Assembly (NCBI GenBank): GCA_043817075.1
Contig: JBDRHG010000005.1
Location: 3,120 to 67,119 of the forward strand
Reading direction: 5' to 3'
DNA from: an archaeon
Lineage (GTDB): Archaea; Nanobdellota; Nanobdellia; Woesearchaeales; JAADFO01
DNA: 64,000 nt
The notes under the pieces are model-generated. The model did not search any database. It had not been told where the DNA came from and saw only the letters and a list, made by a program, of their open reading frames with translations. Every line of letters starts with the position of its first letter. The first letter of the stretch is position 1. The position numbers and the translations under genes are program-made. This document shows, piece by piece, positions 50,443 to 60,965 of this stretch.

Positions 50443-52245
50443 TCAGTATTTGTTCTTCAGTTCCAGCATGGGGTAAATGCCCAGGCTCTTGAGCTCGTCA
50501 AGGAATAGCTTGAAAGCGTAGCTGATCTCGACCATGCTCATCTCGGCGTCCTCGCCATGTATTGGCGAGACCATCCTCTTCTTGCGCGCGTCGAAATGGC
50601 CGATGAGGCCTGATTTCTCGCACACAGGCACGGCGACCCTGTCCGAATCGAACCGCTCCTTCAGGAGCAATGAGGCGCCGTGCGCGATGAAGGTATCCTT
50701 TTCCATCTCACCGAGACGGAGACCGCCCTCTTTGGCGCGGCCTTCGGTCGGCTGTCGGGTGAGCAGCTGGATGGGTCCCCGCGCGCGGGAATGCATCTTG
50801 TTGTCCACCATATGCTTGAGTTTGAGATAGTACATGTTGCCGATGAAGATCTTGGCATGGTATTTCTTGCCGGTCACTCCGTCGTAGAGAGTCTCGACCC
50901 CGTTGTCACGGAAGCCCAGCTCTTTGAGCTGGGAACGTAAGGTCTCCTCGGATTCACCTATAAAAGTGGTTCCGTCGACCCTCTTGCCTCGCATCGCTCC
51001 GGTCTTACCGGCCATGAGCTCGATGAGATGAGAGATTGTCATACGGGACGGGATGCCGTGGGGTGAGAAGATGAGATCAGGGATAGTGCCTGAGGAAGAG
51101 AACGGCATGTCCGATTGCGGGACAGTCAGCGCGACGACGCCTTTCTGTCCGTGACGGCTCGTGAACTTGTCGCCGATCTCAGGGATCCTCGTGTCACGGA
51201 TCTTGACCTGGACAAGCTTGTTGCCCTCTTCGTTCTCGGTGAGGAGGACGAAATCGATGACGCCCTTCTGGCCATGCTTCATGCCGACCGAGCTCTCGCG
51301 CCTCGTGCTCGAGGCGAGGTTGTACTCGTCCGCACCAGACAGGAAGCGCGGCGGCGATGTCTTTCCGATGACGACATCTCCTTCCTTGACTTTCGCTTCG
51401 GGGTAAATGATGCCATCCCCATTGAGGAGTCGGTAGTCGTTCTCGCTCTTGTAGCCTTTGACGTCCTTGTCCGGGATGCTGATCTCGTCGATGAGGCCGC
51501 CTGAATAGCGGAGCTCTTCTGCGATGGCGGGACGGAAATAGGTGGATCGGCCCAAGCCACGTTGGATTGAGCTATGGTTCATGACGATGGCGTCCTCCAT
51601 GTTGTAGCCGCCATAGGCCATGATCGCCACGATGAGATTCTGTCCTGCAGGATGGCGGTCATCGTTGGAGATCTCATGCATCACGGTCCCGACGATGGGC
51701 CTGTGCGGCGTATGCAGCACATTGACGTCCATGTCGAGTCTGAGAGGGTAGTTAGAGGCATAGAACCCCAGCGCCTGCTTCTGGTTCTTGGAACCAGCAT
51801 TGAGACGCGTGCTCTGGTTGAAGTTCCCGTACGGTACGAGCGATGTGCACAGACCCATGATATCGAAAGGTGCGACCTCCAGATGAGTATGCGAGGGTGT
51901 GAGCTCGGCCTCGGTGAACGCGACATAGGTGTTCTCCTCTTCGGCGGCGTCGAGGTATTCCACGATGCCCTGGCGGACAAGATCGTTCCAGGTGATCTCT
52001 TTTCGATCGAGCTGGTGGATATGACTATCGGTGAGCAGGGACTTGCCTTCCCGGACTACGATGAGCGGTCTTCGGGAGCGTCCCTTCGAGGTCTCTATCT
52101 TGAGCTCGTCGTTCTCGCTGTCATAAAGGACATTGAGATTGGCGGTGATCTTGCCTTTTCGTCGCTCAGCGACGAGTCGCTCGCGGTATTCCTGCGGATC
52201 CTTGACCGAACCGACAAATTTTCCGTTGAGATAGCAGTCTGCCAT
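50443..52245 (-). CDS. rpoB1: RNA polymerase subunit B'
   Basis: GDKFTSRHGQKG, RQPTEGRAKEGGLRLGEME. Confidence 0.96.
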   Translation of the reverse strand: MADCYLNGKFVGSVKDPQEYRERLVAERRKGKITANLNVLYDSENDELKIETSKGRSRRPLIVVREGKSLLTDSHIHQLDRKEITWNDLVRQGIVEYLDAAEEENTYVAFTEAELTPSHTHLEVAPFDIMGLCTSLVPYGNFNQSTRLNAGSKNQKQALGFYASNYPLRLDMDVNVLHTPHRPIVGTVMHEISNDDRHPAGQNLIVAIMAYGGYNMEDAIVMNHSSIQRGLGRSTYFRPAIAEELRYSGGLIDEISIPDKDVKGYKSENDYRLLNGDGIIYPEAKVKEGDVVIGKTSPPRFLSGADEYNLASSTRRESSVGMKHGQKGVIDFVLLTENEEGNKLVQVKIRDTRIPEIGDKFTSRHGQKGVVALTVPQSDMPFSSSGTIPDLIFSPHGIPSRMTISHLIELMAGKTGAMRGKRVDGTTFIGESEETLRSQLKELGFRDNGVETLYDGVTGKKYHAKIFIGNMYYLKLKHMVDNKMHSRARGPIQLLTRQPTEGRAKEGGLRLGEMEKDTFIAHGASLLLKERFDSDRVAVPVCEKSGLIGHFDARKKRMVSPIHGEDAEMSMVEISYAFKLFLDELKSLGIYPMLELKNKY

Positions 52246-52259
52246 TGATAGTCACCTAG

Positions 52260-53750
52260 TTATATGGACCTCAGGCCCATGAGTTTCATTGACTTGAGTA
52301 TCTCTTCCTCGTCGACCTCTGAAGAGATAGAGGTGAGGAGCGAGAGGTTCTTTCTCAGTCCGATATTAGTTCCCTCTGGCGTCTCGATAGGACAGAGACG
52401 ACCGAGATGTGTCGGGTGCAATTCCCTGGCCTCGAAGTTCTCCTGGGTCGCCGATAGCGGGGAGACGACACGCTGAAGATGGGAGAGCGTCTCGAGGAAA
52501 TTGAGTCGCTGTATGCGTTGGCTGATACCCTTGCGGCCACCGACCCAGTTGCCGGTCGCCATAGAACTGTAGATGCGAGACGTCAACAGCTTGTCGCGGA
52601 TAACGACCTTGATCGATGGGAATTTTCCTCGTTTGACGATGCGCTGGAAATTGTACAGCAGATCTCCGATCAGCACCTTCAGGTTGACCCTGAAGAGATC
52701 GGACAGCAGATCGCCGGAGAGCTTGAGCCTTTTGTTCATGTAATGATCCTTGTCGTCTACCGGCAATTCGTCGGATGATACCCTGATGAATTTCTTGAGC
52801 ATCTTGCAAAGGTTCTGCGCCTTTATCAGCCGAATCTCTTCGGTGGTGCCGATATGGGGTAGGAGATACTTATCGATGATCTCTCGGATGCGCTCGAGTC
52901 GGATCTCTTTGGACTGGGTTATGCCGACCTTCTTGGCGATGTAGTCAAGGGCATCCTCTTCGTTCTTGATGCTGGCGAACTCGTAGAGGTTGATCACGAT
53001 CTTGTCCTGCTGGCTCGGAAGATCAATCAGCTTTACGATGTCTATGTCCTTGGTCAGGCCAAGCGCCTTGAGCACCACGAAGAGCGGGATGCGCTGCACC
53101 CTGGTGAACGTCAGGTAATATATGCCGTCCTTCATGATCTCGAAGGTGTGCGGAATCTTGAACGAGCCACGTTCGGAGAAGAGCCGGCCGGTGTGCGGCG
53201 AGACGCCGCTCGACGCTTTCTCGACGAGGAACTTGTTCGATGCGAGATCCTCAATCGTGACCAGCACCTTCTCGGTGCCGTTGATGATGAAGTAGCCACC
53301 GGGGTCGTAGGGGTCTTCGCCATGCTTGACGAGCTCATCCTTGGACATGCCATGGAGATGGCAGAACTTGGACTTGAGCATGATGGGCAGGCTGCCGATC
53401 TGGGTGACGAATGACTCACGCTGCACGCCATTGATATGCGCGGAGATCTCGATGAAGACCGGCGCTGCATAGGTCGTGTTGCGAAGGCGCGCCTCGATGG
53501 GGAAGATGTCCCGTTTCGATCCGTCGGCCTCGGTGATCTCGGGCTTGATGACCCAGATCTTATCGAGGCGGATCTTGAACTCATCGATGTTATGCGGGAT
53601 GATGGTGGGCTCGATGATCCGATTCTCCTCGATGATATGGTTGAGCTCATTATCGACGAAATAGTTGAAGGACTCGATGTTAGAGTCGACGAAGCCCTGT
53701 TCCTCGAAATGCCGGGCCATGAGAATCTTGTATTTTGTGTTCTGCTCCAT
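52260..53750 (-). CDS. rpoB2: RNA polymerase subunit B''
   Basis: DPGGYFIINGTE, CPIETPEGTNIGL. Confidence 0.96.
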   Translation of the reverse strand: MEQNTKYKILMARHFEEQGFVDSNIESFNYFVDNELNHIIEENRIIEPTIIPHNIDEFKIRLDKIWVIKPEITEADGSKRDIFPIEARLRNTTYAAPVFIEISAHINGVQRESFVTQIGSLPIMLKSKFCHLHGMSKDELVKHGEDPYDPGGYFIINGTEKVLVTIEDLASNKFLVEKASSGVSPHTGRLFSERGSFKIPHTFEIMKDGIYYLTFTRVQRIPLFVVLKALGLTKDIDIVKLIDLPSQQDKIVINLYEFASIKNEEDALDYIAKKVGITQSKEIRLERIREIIDKYLLPHIGTTEEIRLIKAQNLCKMLKKFIRVSSDELPVDDKDHYMNKRLKLSGDLLSDLFRVNLKVLIGDLLYNFQRIVKRGKFPSIKVVIRDKLLTSRIYSSMATGNWVGGRKGISQRIQRLNFLETLSHLQRVVSPLSATQENFEARELHPTHLGRLCPIETPEGTNIGLRKNLSLLTSISSEVDEEEILKSMKLMGLRSI

Positions 53751-53765
53751 GATGAACCAACCTCT

Positions 53766-54032
53766 CTACACGACGGAACGATAATAGGTCGCATGACCAG
53801 CAGTCATGCTGGTCCTCGATATCTTGATGACGTCGCCCACTACGACCTCGAGATGCCTGATCGCAGGATCATTGGCGGATATCTTAGGCAATTCGACGAT
53901 GCTGATATGGTAACGTTCGAACAGGGTCTTCTTCTCGCGGTCAGAAACCTTCTCGTGTTTGGGCACCAAGTCGTGAGAAATGGGTTTTGTATCCTCGGTC
54001 TTTGATGATTCTTTCTTGGACACTTTGGGCAC
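53766..54032 (-). CDS. rpoH: RNA polymerase subunit H (Rpo5)
   Basis: HDLVPKHE, LPKISANDP, SMTAG..YYR. Confidence 0.95.
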   Translation of the reverse strand: MPKVSKKESSKTEDTKPISHDLVPKHEKVSDREKKTLFERYHISIVELPKISANDPAIRHLEVVVGDVIKISRTSMTAGHATYYRSVV

Positions 54033-54094
54033 AGTGGACGCCTCCTCGATTAAACGATGCTATCGGTGCGGCTTTGTTTCGCCTTTGAATAGGA

Positions 54095-54190
54095 TGGGCC
54101 GGACGAGACTTCCGAGGCACTAAGTGCCTGTTCGAACTCGCGACCACATGGTTAAAAGCCATGTGCTCTACCAGGCTGAGCTACCGGCCC
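54095..54190 (-). tRNA. tRNA-Lys(TTT) with a 22-nt non-canonical intron at 59/60 (54109-54130)
   Basis: Cloverleaf with CT-TTT-AA loop; T-loop interrupted by a strict BHB intron. Confidence 0.92.
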
Positions 54191-54278
54191 ATCGACAGGG
54201 CCGTCTTGCGACGACGCTGATCGGGATGTGGTGAGTGACCGCAGGACGCACCATACGCTGCGATCCATGAATGAAAGC

Positions 54279-54353
54279 CGCCCTGGCCGGGATTCGAACC
54301 CGGGTCTTTGCCTCGACAGGGCAAAATGATAGGCCGAGCTACACTACCAGGGC
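54279..54353 (-). tRNA. tRNA-Asp(GTC)
   Basis: GCCCTGG acceptor, CT-GTC-GA loop, GGTTCGAATCC. Confidence 0.95.
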
Positions 54354-54730
54354 AAGGGGATTTGAGGCAATCCGCTATTCTGATATCTAAGTCCAGGCAA
54401 AGTTGCGCCAATGGTCACAGGATAGAATACCGCCTCATGCATACCCCGTCGGCTAATTTCAGACCCTTTATAAATTTTACTATTTTTAGGTGATTTTCCC
54501 AATCCCACGAAATCTGAGCTCGAGTCATTGATCAGAGACTATTATCGGCGCCGTTCGACGGATCAGGCTCAGATCAGCCGAAACGCTCGAAATGGACAAT
54601 CTAATCAAAGCCCCTCCGATCGAGACGCCATCGAACGACATCCTCATATGCTTGCCCCCGCAACGTCAAAGCTGCGAATTATGTAGAATATTATGATAAA
54701 GCGACTGTCCGTCTTTAAGAAGATTATGAA

Positions 54731-54856
54731 TCCCCCCTCCCAGATTTGAACCGGGGACCTTTCGGTGTCAGCTGTCTGCAATTCATTCCTACTGCCCATG
54801 GCAGGTGGTCGAGCAGAATCTACAGCCGAACGCTCTAGCCGCTGAGCTAAGGGGGG
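54731..54856 (-). tRNA. tRNA-Tyr(GTA) with a 53-nt anticodon-loop intron (about 54767-54819)
   Basis: C1-G72 acceptor, CT-GTA-G|intron|A; 73-nt mature cloverleaf. Confidence 0.9.
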
Positions 54857-55203
54857 CTTTTAATGCCATCGGGACAACTATGGACAATATATATAACTTT
54901 CGCTTGACATGCGATAGGTCGTGATTCGGGTCGACACCACCACCTCAGCCCGTCACCTGCAAGACCCATATGTCCATCACCCATTCATATCACCGAAACA
55001 TACCGTATCTACTCCAGAGTAAAAAATCAACGAAATATTTAAATACAAGGTGTGCATTCCCAAAATACGGTATAGGCACGTTTGAACAGTAAATATGCAG
55101 AAAAAAGGGGTTCTCTAGAATTTGCGCGCCCCTTTGGGGCAGCGCGATTGGTTAAAATTATCAGGATCACATTAACTGGTACCGGGTTCGGAGGCAACAA
55201 AAA

Positions 55204-56016
55204 ATGATTGTTGAAAAGAGCTTTCTTAACAAGCTTAAAGCCCTTGGTCTCAACAGCTATGAGGCTAAGATTTGGACGGCGCTTCTCTCGAGGGGGATTT
55301 CATCCGCAGGTGAGCTTTCTGACATCTCGAATGTCCCACGCTCAAGGAGCTACGATGTTCTCGAGAATCTAGAGAAGAAAGGATTCATCATCATGAAGCT
55401 TGGCAAACCCATCAAGTATATCGCCCTAAAGCCCATGGACGTGCTTGAGCGTGTCAAGAAAAAGATCAAAGAAGAAGCCTTCCAAGAGGCCGCCTCGATC
55501 GAACGCCTCCGAGAGAGCGACATCCTGGATGAGCTGAATCTTCTTTACAACCAAGGTGTCGAAGTCGTCGACCCCACAGACCTCACCGGCAGCCTCAAGT
55601 CACGTGGCCATCTGTACTCCCAGCTCAATTCGTTGATCAAGAGCGCAGAGAGCAGCATCGCCATCATGACGACGAGCAAAGGCCTGATCAGGAAGGTCGA
55701 TTATTTCAAGAGCGCCTTGGAGAAGGCCAAGGAACGCGGCGTGAGCATCTCGATCGCAGCACCCGTGACCAAGGACGCCGAGAAGTCCGCGGCGACGCTT
55801 GAAGGCATCGCCGAGGTTCGTCACGTCGATGATGTGCGCGCACGCTTCGTCATCGTCGACAACAAGGAAGTCGTCTTCATGCTGCTCGACGACCAGGTCG
55901 ACCCCACCTACGATATGGGTGTTTGGGTCAACGCGTTGTTCTTCGCCAAAGCGCTGCAGGGCCTCTTCAATACAGCATGGGCCACCGGCAAGATCAAGGT
56001 CGCAGTCAAGAATTAA
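55204..56016 (+). CDS. TrmB-family transcriptional regulator
   Basis: GLNSYEAK, SNVPRSRSYDVLENLEKKG, GKPIKY; C-terminal effector domain. Confidence 0.9.
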   Translation: MIVEKSFLNKLKALGLNSYEAKIWTALLSRGISSAGELSDISNVPRSRSYDVLENLEKKGFIIMKLGKPIKYIALKPMDVLERVKKKIKEEAFQEAASIERLRESDILDELNLLYNQGVEVVDPTDLTGSLKSRGHLYSQLNSLIKSAESSIAIMTTSKGLIRKVDYFKSALEKAKERGVSISIAAPVTKDAEKSAATLEGIAEVRHVDDVRARFVIVDNKEVVFMLLDDQVDPTYDMGVWVNALFFAKALQGLFNTAWATGKIKVAVKN

Positions 56017-56042
56017 AGAAATTTTATTTTATCTCTTCTTTT

Positions 56043-56072
56043 CTCCTTTCCTCAAAACTCCTTTCCTCAAAA
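56043..56072. repeat. 15-bp tandem duplication (CTCCTTTCCTCAAAA x2)
   Basis: Direct reading. Confidence 0.8.
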
Positions 56073-56131
56073 ATCATAGTCGGGAGACTTCACTCTCAGA
56101 CTCTCATTTTTTCATAGCGAACCGAACAAGA

Positions 56132-57592
56132 CTACTGACGCAACACGTAAGAATTCGACACCCTGATCGACTTGTTGCCGTTGGGCTTGACGAACTTGAC
56201 ATAAGACGATGGCAACGTCAATCCGCCGACGATGGACAGCTTGGAGTTGATCTTGTATGTGACGATGCGCTCCTCATACCCTTCCAACGCGGCGATGTTC
56301 CAGATGATACGGGTCGCCTTGCTGCTCTTGCGCACGATCTTGTCCGGCTTGATGGTCCCCATCTTGAAATCTTTCTCCACTTCGATGATATGGGGTATCC
56401 TATCCACGAGCTTGATCTCGTCCACCGGCACTGCAGAACGGTTCTTGAGGAAGAGCGTGACTTTGATCTCAGTGATGCCATCCTCGTCGCCACGGACGAT
56501 GGCTGCAGTCTTGAAAAGCACGACGGGACTCCTGATCGCGAAGTAGATCACGATGATGGCGACGAGCACGAGGAAGATGATCAGCAGGGGCAAGTAGTTG
56601 CGTTTGATGGTTATGCGATGTCCTTCCATAGGATTGAGAACGACACTCCATGTGTAGACCTTGCCATCCGCGGATTCCTCAATCGATGCCTCGGGAGAGA
56701 TCTTGGCGAAGAGGCCATCGAGGAACAACGCCGGCTGGGTGAGCACTTGCATACCAGCGATATTCCCATCGTTGAACACTTCGAGCGTGATACGGGAGGT
56801 CAAGAACCCGCGCTCGGCAGATGGCTTCGTGACAAATGTCGAATAGGATTTGATCTCGTAGTCTTCCTTGTCTATCTGGAAGATATAGCTCTTGTTCTCT
56901 TCATCGATATAGATGACCTCGCCCCTGAGGCTGCGTTCCTGTGGTGGTATCTTGGGATCGAGGACAGTGGAGAACTGAATGATCCGTTCCTCGAGCGGTT
57001 TGAGTGTGAGTGTCTGGCTTTGGTCGATGCCTTCGCCATTGATGCTGACCCGGAGACCGGACAATTCGATAGGAACGAGGTTGCGTAGCAGAAGCTTGAC
57101 CTCGACAAGGTCCTTGGGATGGACGACTGATGGGACATCGAGCTCAGCAGTCAGCGACGGGACATACTTCATGTGTCCTGGAGTAGGATTCTTGATATCG
57201 ACCTCGATCTCTTCAGTGATCCGCTGCTCCTGGCGTTGCGCAGACAACGTCAGGCGCAGATTGTATATCCCCTGCTCGACATATAACGGTTTGAGATACA
57301 CCGTCACGGTCCTTTCCTTGTTGGGGAAGACCTCGACGACATAGTCCTTTCGGGGGATGGTATAGATGTCCCATGTCGCCGCATCCGGGCTGCTGATCTC
57401 GAAATTCTCGATGATATTGACATTGTTGGCGAATGTGATGTTGAAGACAGCAGTCTCATTAGGGTAGATATGGTATGTGACAGGCGTGACTTCGACATCG
57501 AAAGTGCTCACAGCCAAGAGTCCTGGCAAGCAGAGAATGAAGGATAACGCCGCTACTATTACCAATCTGCTGTGTTTCAGACCAACCACCAT
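56132..57592 (-). CDS. Surface/membrane-anchored protein with Ig-like beta domains
   Basis: Signal peptide, beta-rich domains, one TM followed by a further beta-rich domain. Confidence 0.75.
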   Translation of the reverse strand: MVVGLKHSRLVIVAALSFILCLPGLLAVSTFDVEVTPVTYHIYPNETAVFNITFANNVNIIENFEISSPDAATWDIYTIPRKDYVVEVFPNKERTVTVYLKPLYVEQGIYNLRLTLSAQRQEQRITEEIEVDIKNPTPGHMKYVPSLTAELDVPSVVHPKDLVEVKLLLRNLVPIELSGLRVSINGEGIDQSQTLTLKPLEERIIQFSTVLDPKIPPQERSLRGEVIYIDEENKSYIFQIDKEDYEIKSYSTFVTKPSAERGFLTSRITLEVFNDGNIAGMQVLTQPALFLDGLFAKISPEASIEESADGKVYTWSVVLNPMEGHRITIKRNYLPLLIIFLVLVAIIVIYFAIRSPVVLFKTAAIVRGDEDGITEIKVTLFLKNRSAVPVDEIKLVDRIPHIIEVEKDFKMGTIKPDKIVRKSSKATRIIWNIAALEGYEERIVTYKINSKLSIVGGLTLPSSYVKFVKPNGNKSIRVSNSYVLRQ

Positions 57593-57766
57593 GCCCATCT
57601 CCCGTGTCGCAGGTATAAATATTTTATGTTTTGAAGCCCAGGATTAAACGTTGGCGTCATCGCACAAGGACAGTACAGAAAAAATCGGAAGGAAGACTAG
57701 GAGAACTAGGAGAACAAGTAGAAGAACAGAGATAAGCGCAAGAACAAGAAGAGTCGCAGACCAGGA

Positions 57767-58183
57767 TCACTCCTGTTGACCAGTATCAAGATATCGGTCC
57801 ACTTCCCTCGCCACGACCTTGAGGTCACGCGTCATACGCTCGATGTCGCTCCGGACCTCATCGACGAGGTCTTCAAGATGGCCGACGCGCAGCTCATACC
57901 GATTCTTATGGGTGGTGGCGATGCCTGCTTCGATGAGCTTATTGAGATGGTGGATAGCGGTGCCGCGGGTCAGGCCTAGGCTGTCAGATATATTATCGCT
58001 CGAGACCGACCTGTTCTGTTTGGCGGCCTTGACCAGCTCGATGAATATGCGGAAGCACGACCTGTCCTTATCACGCAATCCGAAGAGACCGAGAGAAAGC
58101 CCGAGCCAGCGGAGCTTGTCGTTGATGTTGTCTGTGCGCGGACGCTGGACACGTATGAGCGTGATCTTGTAAAGATCGAACAT
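57767..58183 (-). CDS. Winged-HTH transcriptional regulator, divergent from grpE
   Basis: SSDNISDSLGLTRGTAIHHLNKLIEAGI HTH plus C-terminal coiled coil. Confidence 0.85.
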   Translation of the reverse strand: MFDLYKITLIRVQRPRTDNINDKLRWLGLSLGLFGLRDKDRSCFRIFIELVKAAKQNRSVSSDNISDSLGLTRGTAIHHLNKLIEAGIATTHKNRYELRVGHLEDLVDEVRSDIERMTRDLKVVAREVDRYLDTGQQE

Positions 58184-58220
58184 ACCCTATGATGAACAAC
58201 ACCCATATAAATAGTTTATC

Positions 58221-58235
58221 CGAAAGGTTTATATA
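58221..58235 (+). promoter_or_regulatory. BRE-TATA promoter of grpE-dnaK
   Basis: CGAAAGG TTTATATA. Confidence 0.75.
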
Positions 58236-58255
58236 GGAGTGTTGATTTGAGACAG

Positions 58256-58279
58256 TGATTGTTGACTTAACGTCAACAA
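58256..58279. promoter_or_regulatory. Candidate chaperone-regulon operator, copy 2 (TGATTGTTGACTTAACGTCAACAA)
   Basis: Perfect TTGTTGAC-N5-GTCAACAA dyad; matches 14908-14930. Confidence 0.78.
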
Positions 58280-58310
58280 AAATCAGTTAAAGACATCGCG
58301 TGACAAAACA

Positions 58311-58892
58311 ATGAGCCACTCCAAAGACAAGGGGAAACACAAGGATGAAGAATCATCCAAACACAAAGAAGAATCATCCAAACACAAAGAAGAAGACGAG
58401 AGCCACGCCGAGGACCGCATCGCAGAGTTGAAAGAGACGCTCCAACGTGTCCAGGCGGAATTCGAGAACTACAAGAAACGGCAGGAGAGGGATGCGGCGA
58501 CGACCTTCATGATGGCCAACGCCAAGCTGATCAAAGAACTCTTACCCATCGTCGACAGCCTTGCGGCATCAGCGTCTACGACCGGAGACAAAGGCATGCA
58601 GGCGCTCTATGACCAGTTCATGGGCACGCTACGCACCGAGGGACTCGAGGAGATGCCATGCATCGGCAAAGAATTCGATCCGTATTTGCATGAGGCATTA
58701 CAGGTCGAAGAGAAAGACGACGTCCAGGACGCAGAGGACGGTAGGATCACAGAGGAATACCAGAAGGGATTCCTCTTCAAAGGCGCGGTGCTCAGGCATG
58801 CACGCGTCAAGGTCATCAAGATCATCAAGAAAAAGATACCGACGGAAGGGAAGGCAGACAAAAACCCTGCGAATCCGACTGAAAGAGAATAG
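58311..58892 (+). CDS. grpE: Nucleotide exchange factor GrpE
   Basis: RVQAEFENYKKR, FDPYLHEA, QKGF..VLRHARVKV. Confidence 0.95.
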   Translation: MSHSKDKGKHKDEESSKHKEESSKHKEEDESHAEDRIAELKETLQRVQAEFENYKKRQERDAATTFMMANAKLIKELLPIVDSLAASASTTGDKGMQALYDQFMGTLRTEGLEEMPCIGKEFDPYLHEALQVEEKDDVQDAEDGRITEEYQKGFLFKGAVLRHARVKVIKIIKKKIPTEGKADKNPANPTERE

Positions 58893-58941
58893 ATAGGACA
58901 AACCAGAAAAAAATCAACCAACAGACATGGAGGGATGAAAA

Positions 58942-60852
58942 ATGGGAAAAATCATAGGTATCGATCTAGGGACGAGCAATTCGGCAGCGGCTTTCCTCGA
59001 AGCGGGCAGGCCAAAGATCATCCCCAGCGCTGAAGGGGCTTCGCTTTACGGCAAGGCATTCCCGAGCGTGGTGGGAATCGACAAGGATGGTAACATCCTC
59101 GTCGGCGAACCTGCAAGGCGTCAGGCTGCAACCAACCCTGAGAACACGGTGGAGGGTGCCAAGCGAGAGATGGGCACGAACCACAAGTACAACATCCAGG
59201 GTAAGGAATACACGCCGCAGCAGATATCGGCATTCATCCTTCAGAAGATCAAGAAGGACGCTGAGGCATTCCTGGGCGACAAGGTCGAAAAAGCGGTGAT
59301 CACCGTCCCGGCCTACTTCGACGACAATCAACGCCAGGCGACCAAGGACGCCGGCCAGATCGCCGGTCTCGAGGTCGTGCGCATCATCAACGAGCCGACG
59401 TCGGCAGCGCTCGCCTATGGGCTCGACAAGCAGGAGACCGATCTCAAGATCCTGGTCTATGATTTCGGTGGCGGCACGCTCGACGTGACCGTCATGGAGT
59501 TAGGCGAGGGCGTCTTCGAGGTCAAGTCGACAAGCGGAGACACCAAACTGGGCGGCCGCGACATGGACAAGGTCCTCGTCGACCATTTCGTCGAGGTGTT
59601 CAAGAAGCAGGAGGGCATCGACATCTCCAATGATAAGACAGCCATGCAACGCCTGGCCGAAGCGGCGGAGAAGGCCAAGATTGAGCTCTCGACCACACTT
59701 GAGACCGACATCAACCTGCCCTTCCTCACCGCGGACCAGAACGGCCCCAAACATTTCGTATCAAAGCTTCGCCGTGCCCAACTCGAGGAACTCGTGCGAC
59801 CCTTGGTCGAACAGACCAAGCAATCGGTCGAACAATCCCTGAAGGACGCCTCGCTGTCCGCCAACGACATCGACAAGATCATCATGGTCGGCGGACCAAC
59901 CCGTATGCCCATCGTACAGAAATTCCTCGAGGATTTCGTTGGCAAGAAGGTGGAACACGGAGTCGACCCCATGGAATGTGTCGCTTCAGGCGCGGCCATC
60001 CAAGGCGGTGTCCTCGCAGGCGAGGTCAAGGATGTCCTCCTGCTGGATGTGACTCCACTATCGCTGGGCATCGAGACCTTGGGAAGCGTATTCACCAAGC
60101 TCATCGAACGCAACACGACCATACCGGCGAAGAAGAGCCAGGTATTCTCCACCGCTGCCGACAACCAGCCGGCGGTCACCATCAGGGTAGGCCAGGGAGA
60201 ACGGAAGATGTTCCCGGATAACAAATTGCTCGGACAGTTCGATCTGGTGGGACTCCCGCCCGCACCTCGTGGGATCCCCCAGATCGAAGTGACCTTCGAC
60301 ATCGACGCGAACGGCATCCTTCATGTGACGGCCAAGGACCTCGGCACCAAGAAAGAGCAGAGCATCAAGATAACTGCCCCCAACAAGCTCTCCGAGGAAG
60401 AGGTCGCCCGTATGAAGAAGGATGCCGAGGCCCATGCGGATGAGGACAAGAAGCGCATGAAAGAGATCGAGACCATCAACCAGGCTGATACCTTGACATA
60501 CTCGACCGAAAAGGTCCTCAAGGACATGGAAGGCAAGATCGACAAGAAAAAGGCCGAGGATATCCAGAAGATGCTCGACGAGCTCAAGAAGATGCTCGGC
60601 GAAGAGAAGAAGGATCTTCCCGCAATCAAGAAGAAGTCTGAAGAGCTCTCCACAAAAGTGCAAGAGGTTTCCACCGAGCTGTACAAGAAGGCAGCAGAGG
60701 AGGCCCAGAAACAGCAGGCTGCAAGCGGTGCCGCGGGAGCGGCCGCCCCTGGCAGCGGGAAAGGGAAGCCCGACACATCAGGAGAGGCGGAAGAGAAGGT
60801 CGTCGACGCCGACTTCAAGGTCGAAGACGAAGGTGAGAAAGGTAAGAAGTGA
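58942..60852 (+). CDS. dnaK: Chaperone DnaK
   Basis: [35 protein letters not shown]. Confidence 0.97.
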   Translation: MGKIIGIDLGTSNSAAAFLEAGRPKIIPSAEGASLYGKAFPSVVGIDKDGNILVGEPARRQAATNPENTVEGAKREMGTNHKYNIQGKEYTPQQISAFILQKIKKDAEAFLGDKVEKAVITVPAYFDDNQRQATKDAGQIAGLEVVRIINEPTSAALAYGLDKQETDLKILVYDFGGGTLDVTVMELGEGVFEVKSTSGDTKLGGRDMDKVLVDHFVEVFKKQEGIDISNDKTAMQRLAEAAEKAKIELSTTLETDINLPFLTADQNGPKHFVSKLRRAQLEELVRPLVEQTKQSVEQSLKDASLSANDIDKIIMVGGPTRMPIVQKFLEDFVGKKVEHGVDPMECVASGAAIQGGVLAGEVKDVLLLDVTPLSLGIETLGSVFTKLIERNTTIPAKKSQVFSTAADNQPAVTIRVGQGERKMFPDNKLLGQFDLVGLPPAPRGIPQIEVTFDIDANGILHVTAKDLGTKKEQSIKITAPNKLSEEEVARMKKDAEAHADEDKKRMKEIETINQADTLTYSTEKVLKDMEGKIDKKKAEDIQKMLDELKKMLGEEKKDLPAIKKKSEELSTKVQEVSTELYKKAAEEAQKQQAASGAAGAAAPGSGKGKPDTSGEAEEKVVDADFKVEDEGEKGKK

Positions 60853-60965
60853 TAAGGGAATTCTTGCTGAAATTTTTTCTTTTCTTTTTTTTCCCAGTCC
60901 ATGAATCCGTAACGACCCCTTTACAAACAATTATATAAACCCTGACGCAACCAGGAGACCACTCA

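Noticed and set aside
54512..54574. ATCTGAGC/GCTCAGAT inverted repeat between tRNA-Asp and tRNA-Tyr
   Set aside because: A single 8-bp IR with weak internal structure; could be chance.
55799..57088. 429-aa plus-strand ORF and other long antisense ORFs (8459-9499, 30255-31292, 35463-36551, 45022-46116)
   Set aside because: Shadow frames of well-supported genes in GC-rich coding DNA, with no recognisable motifs.
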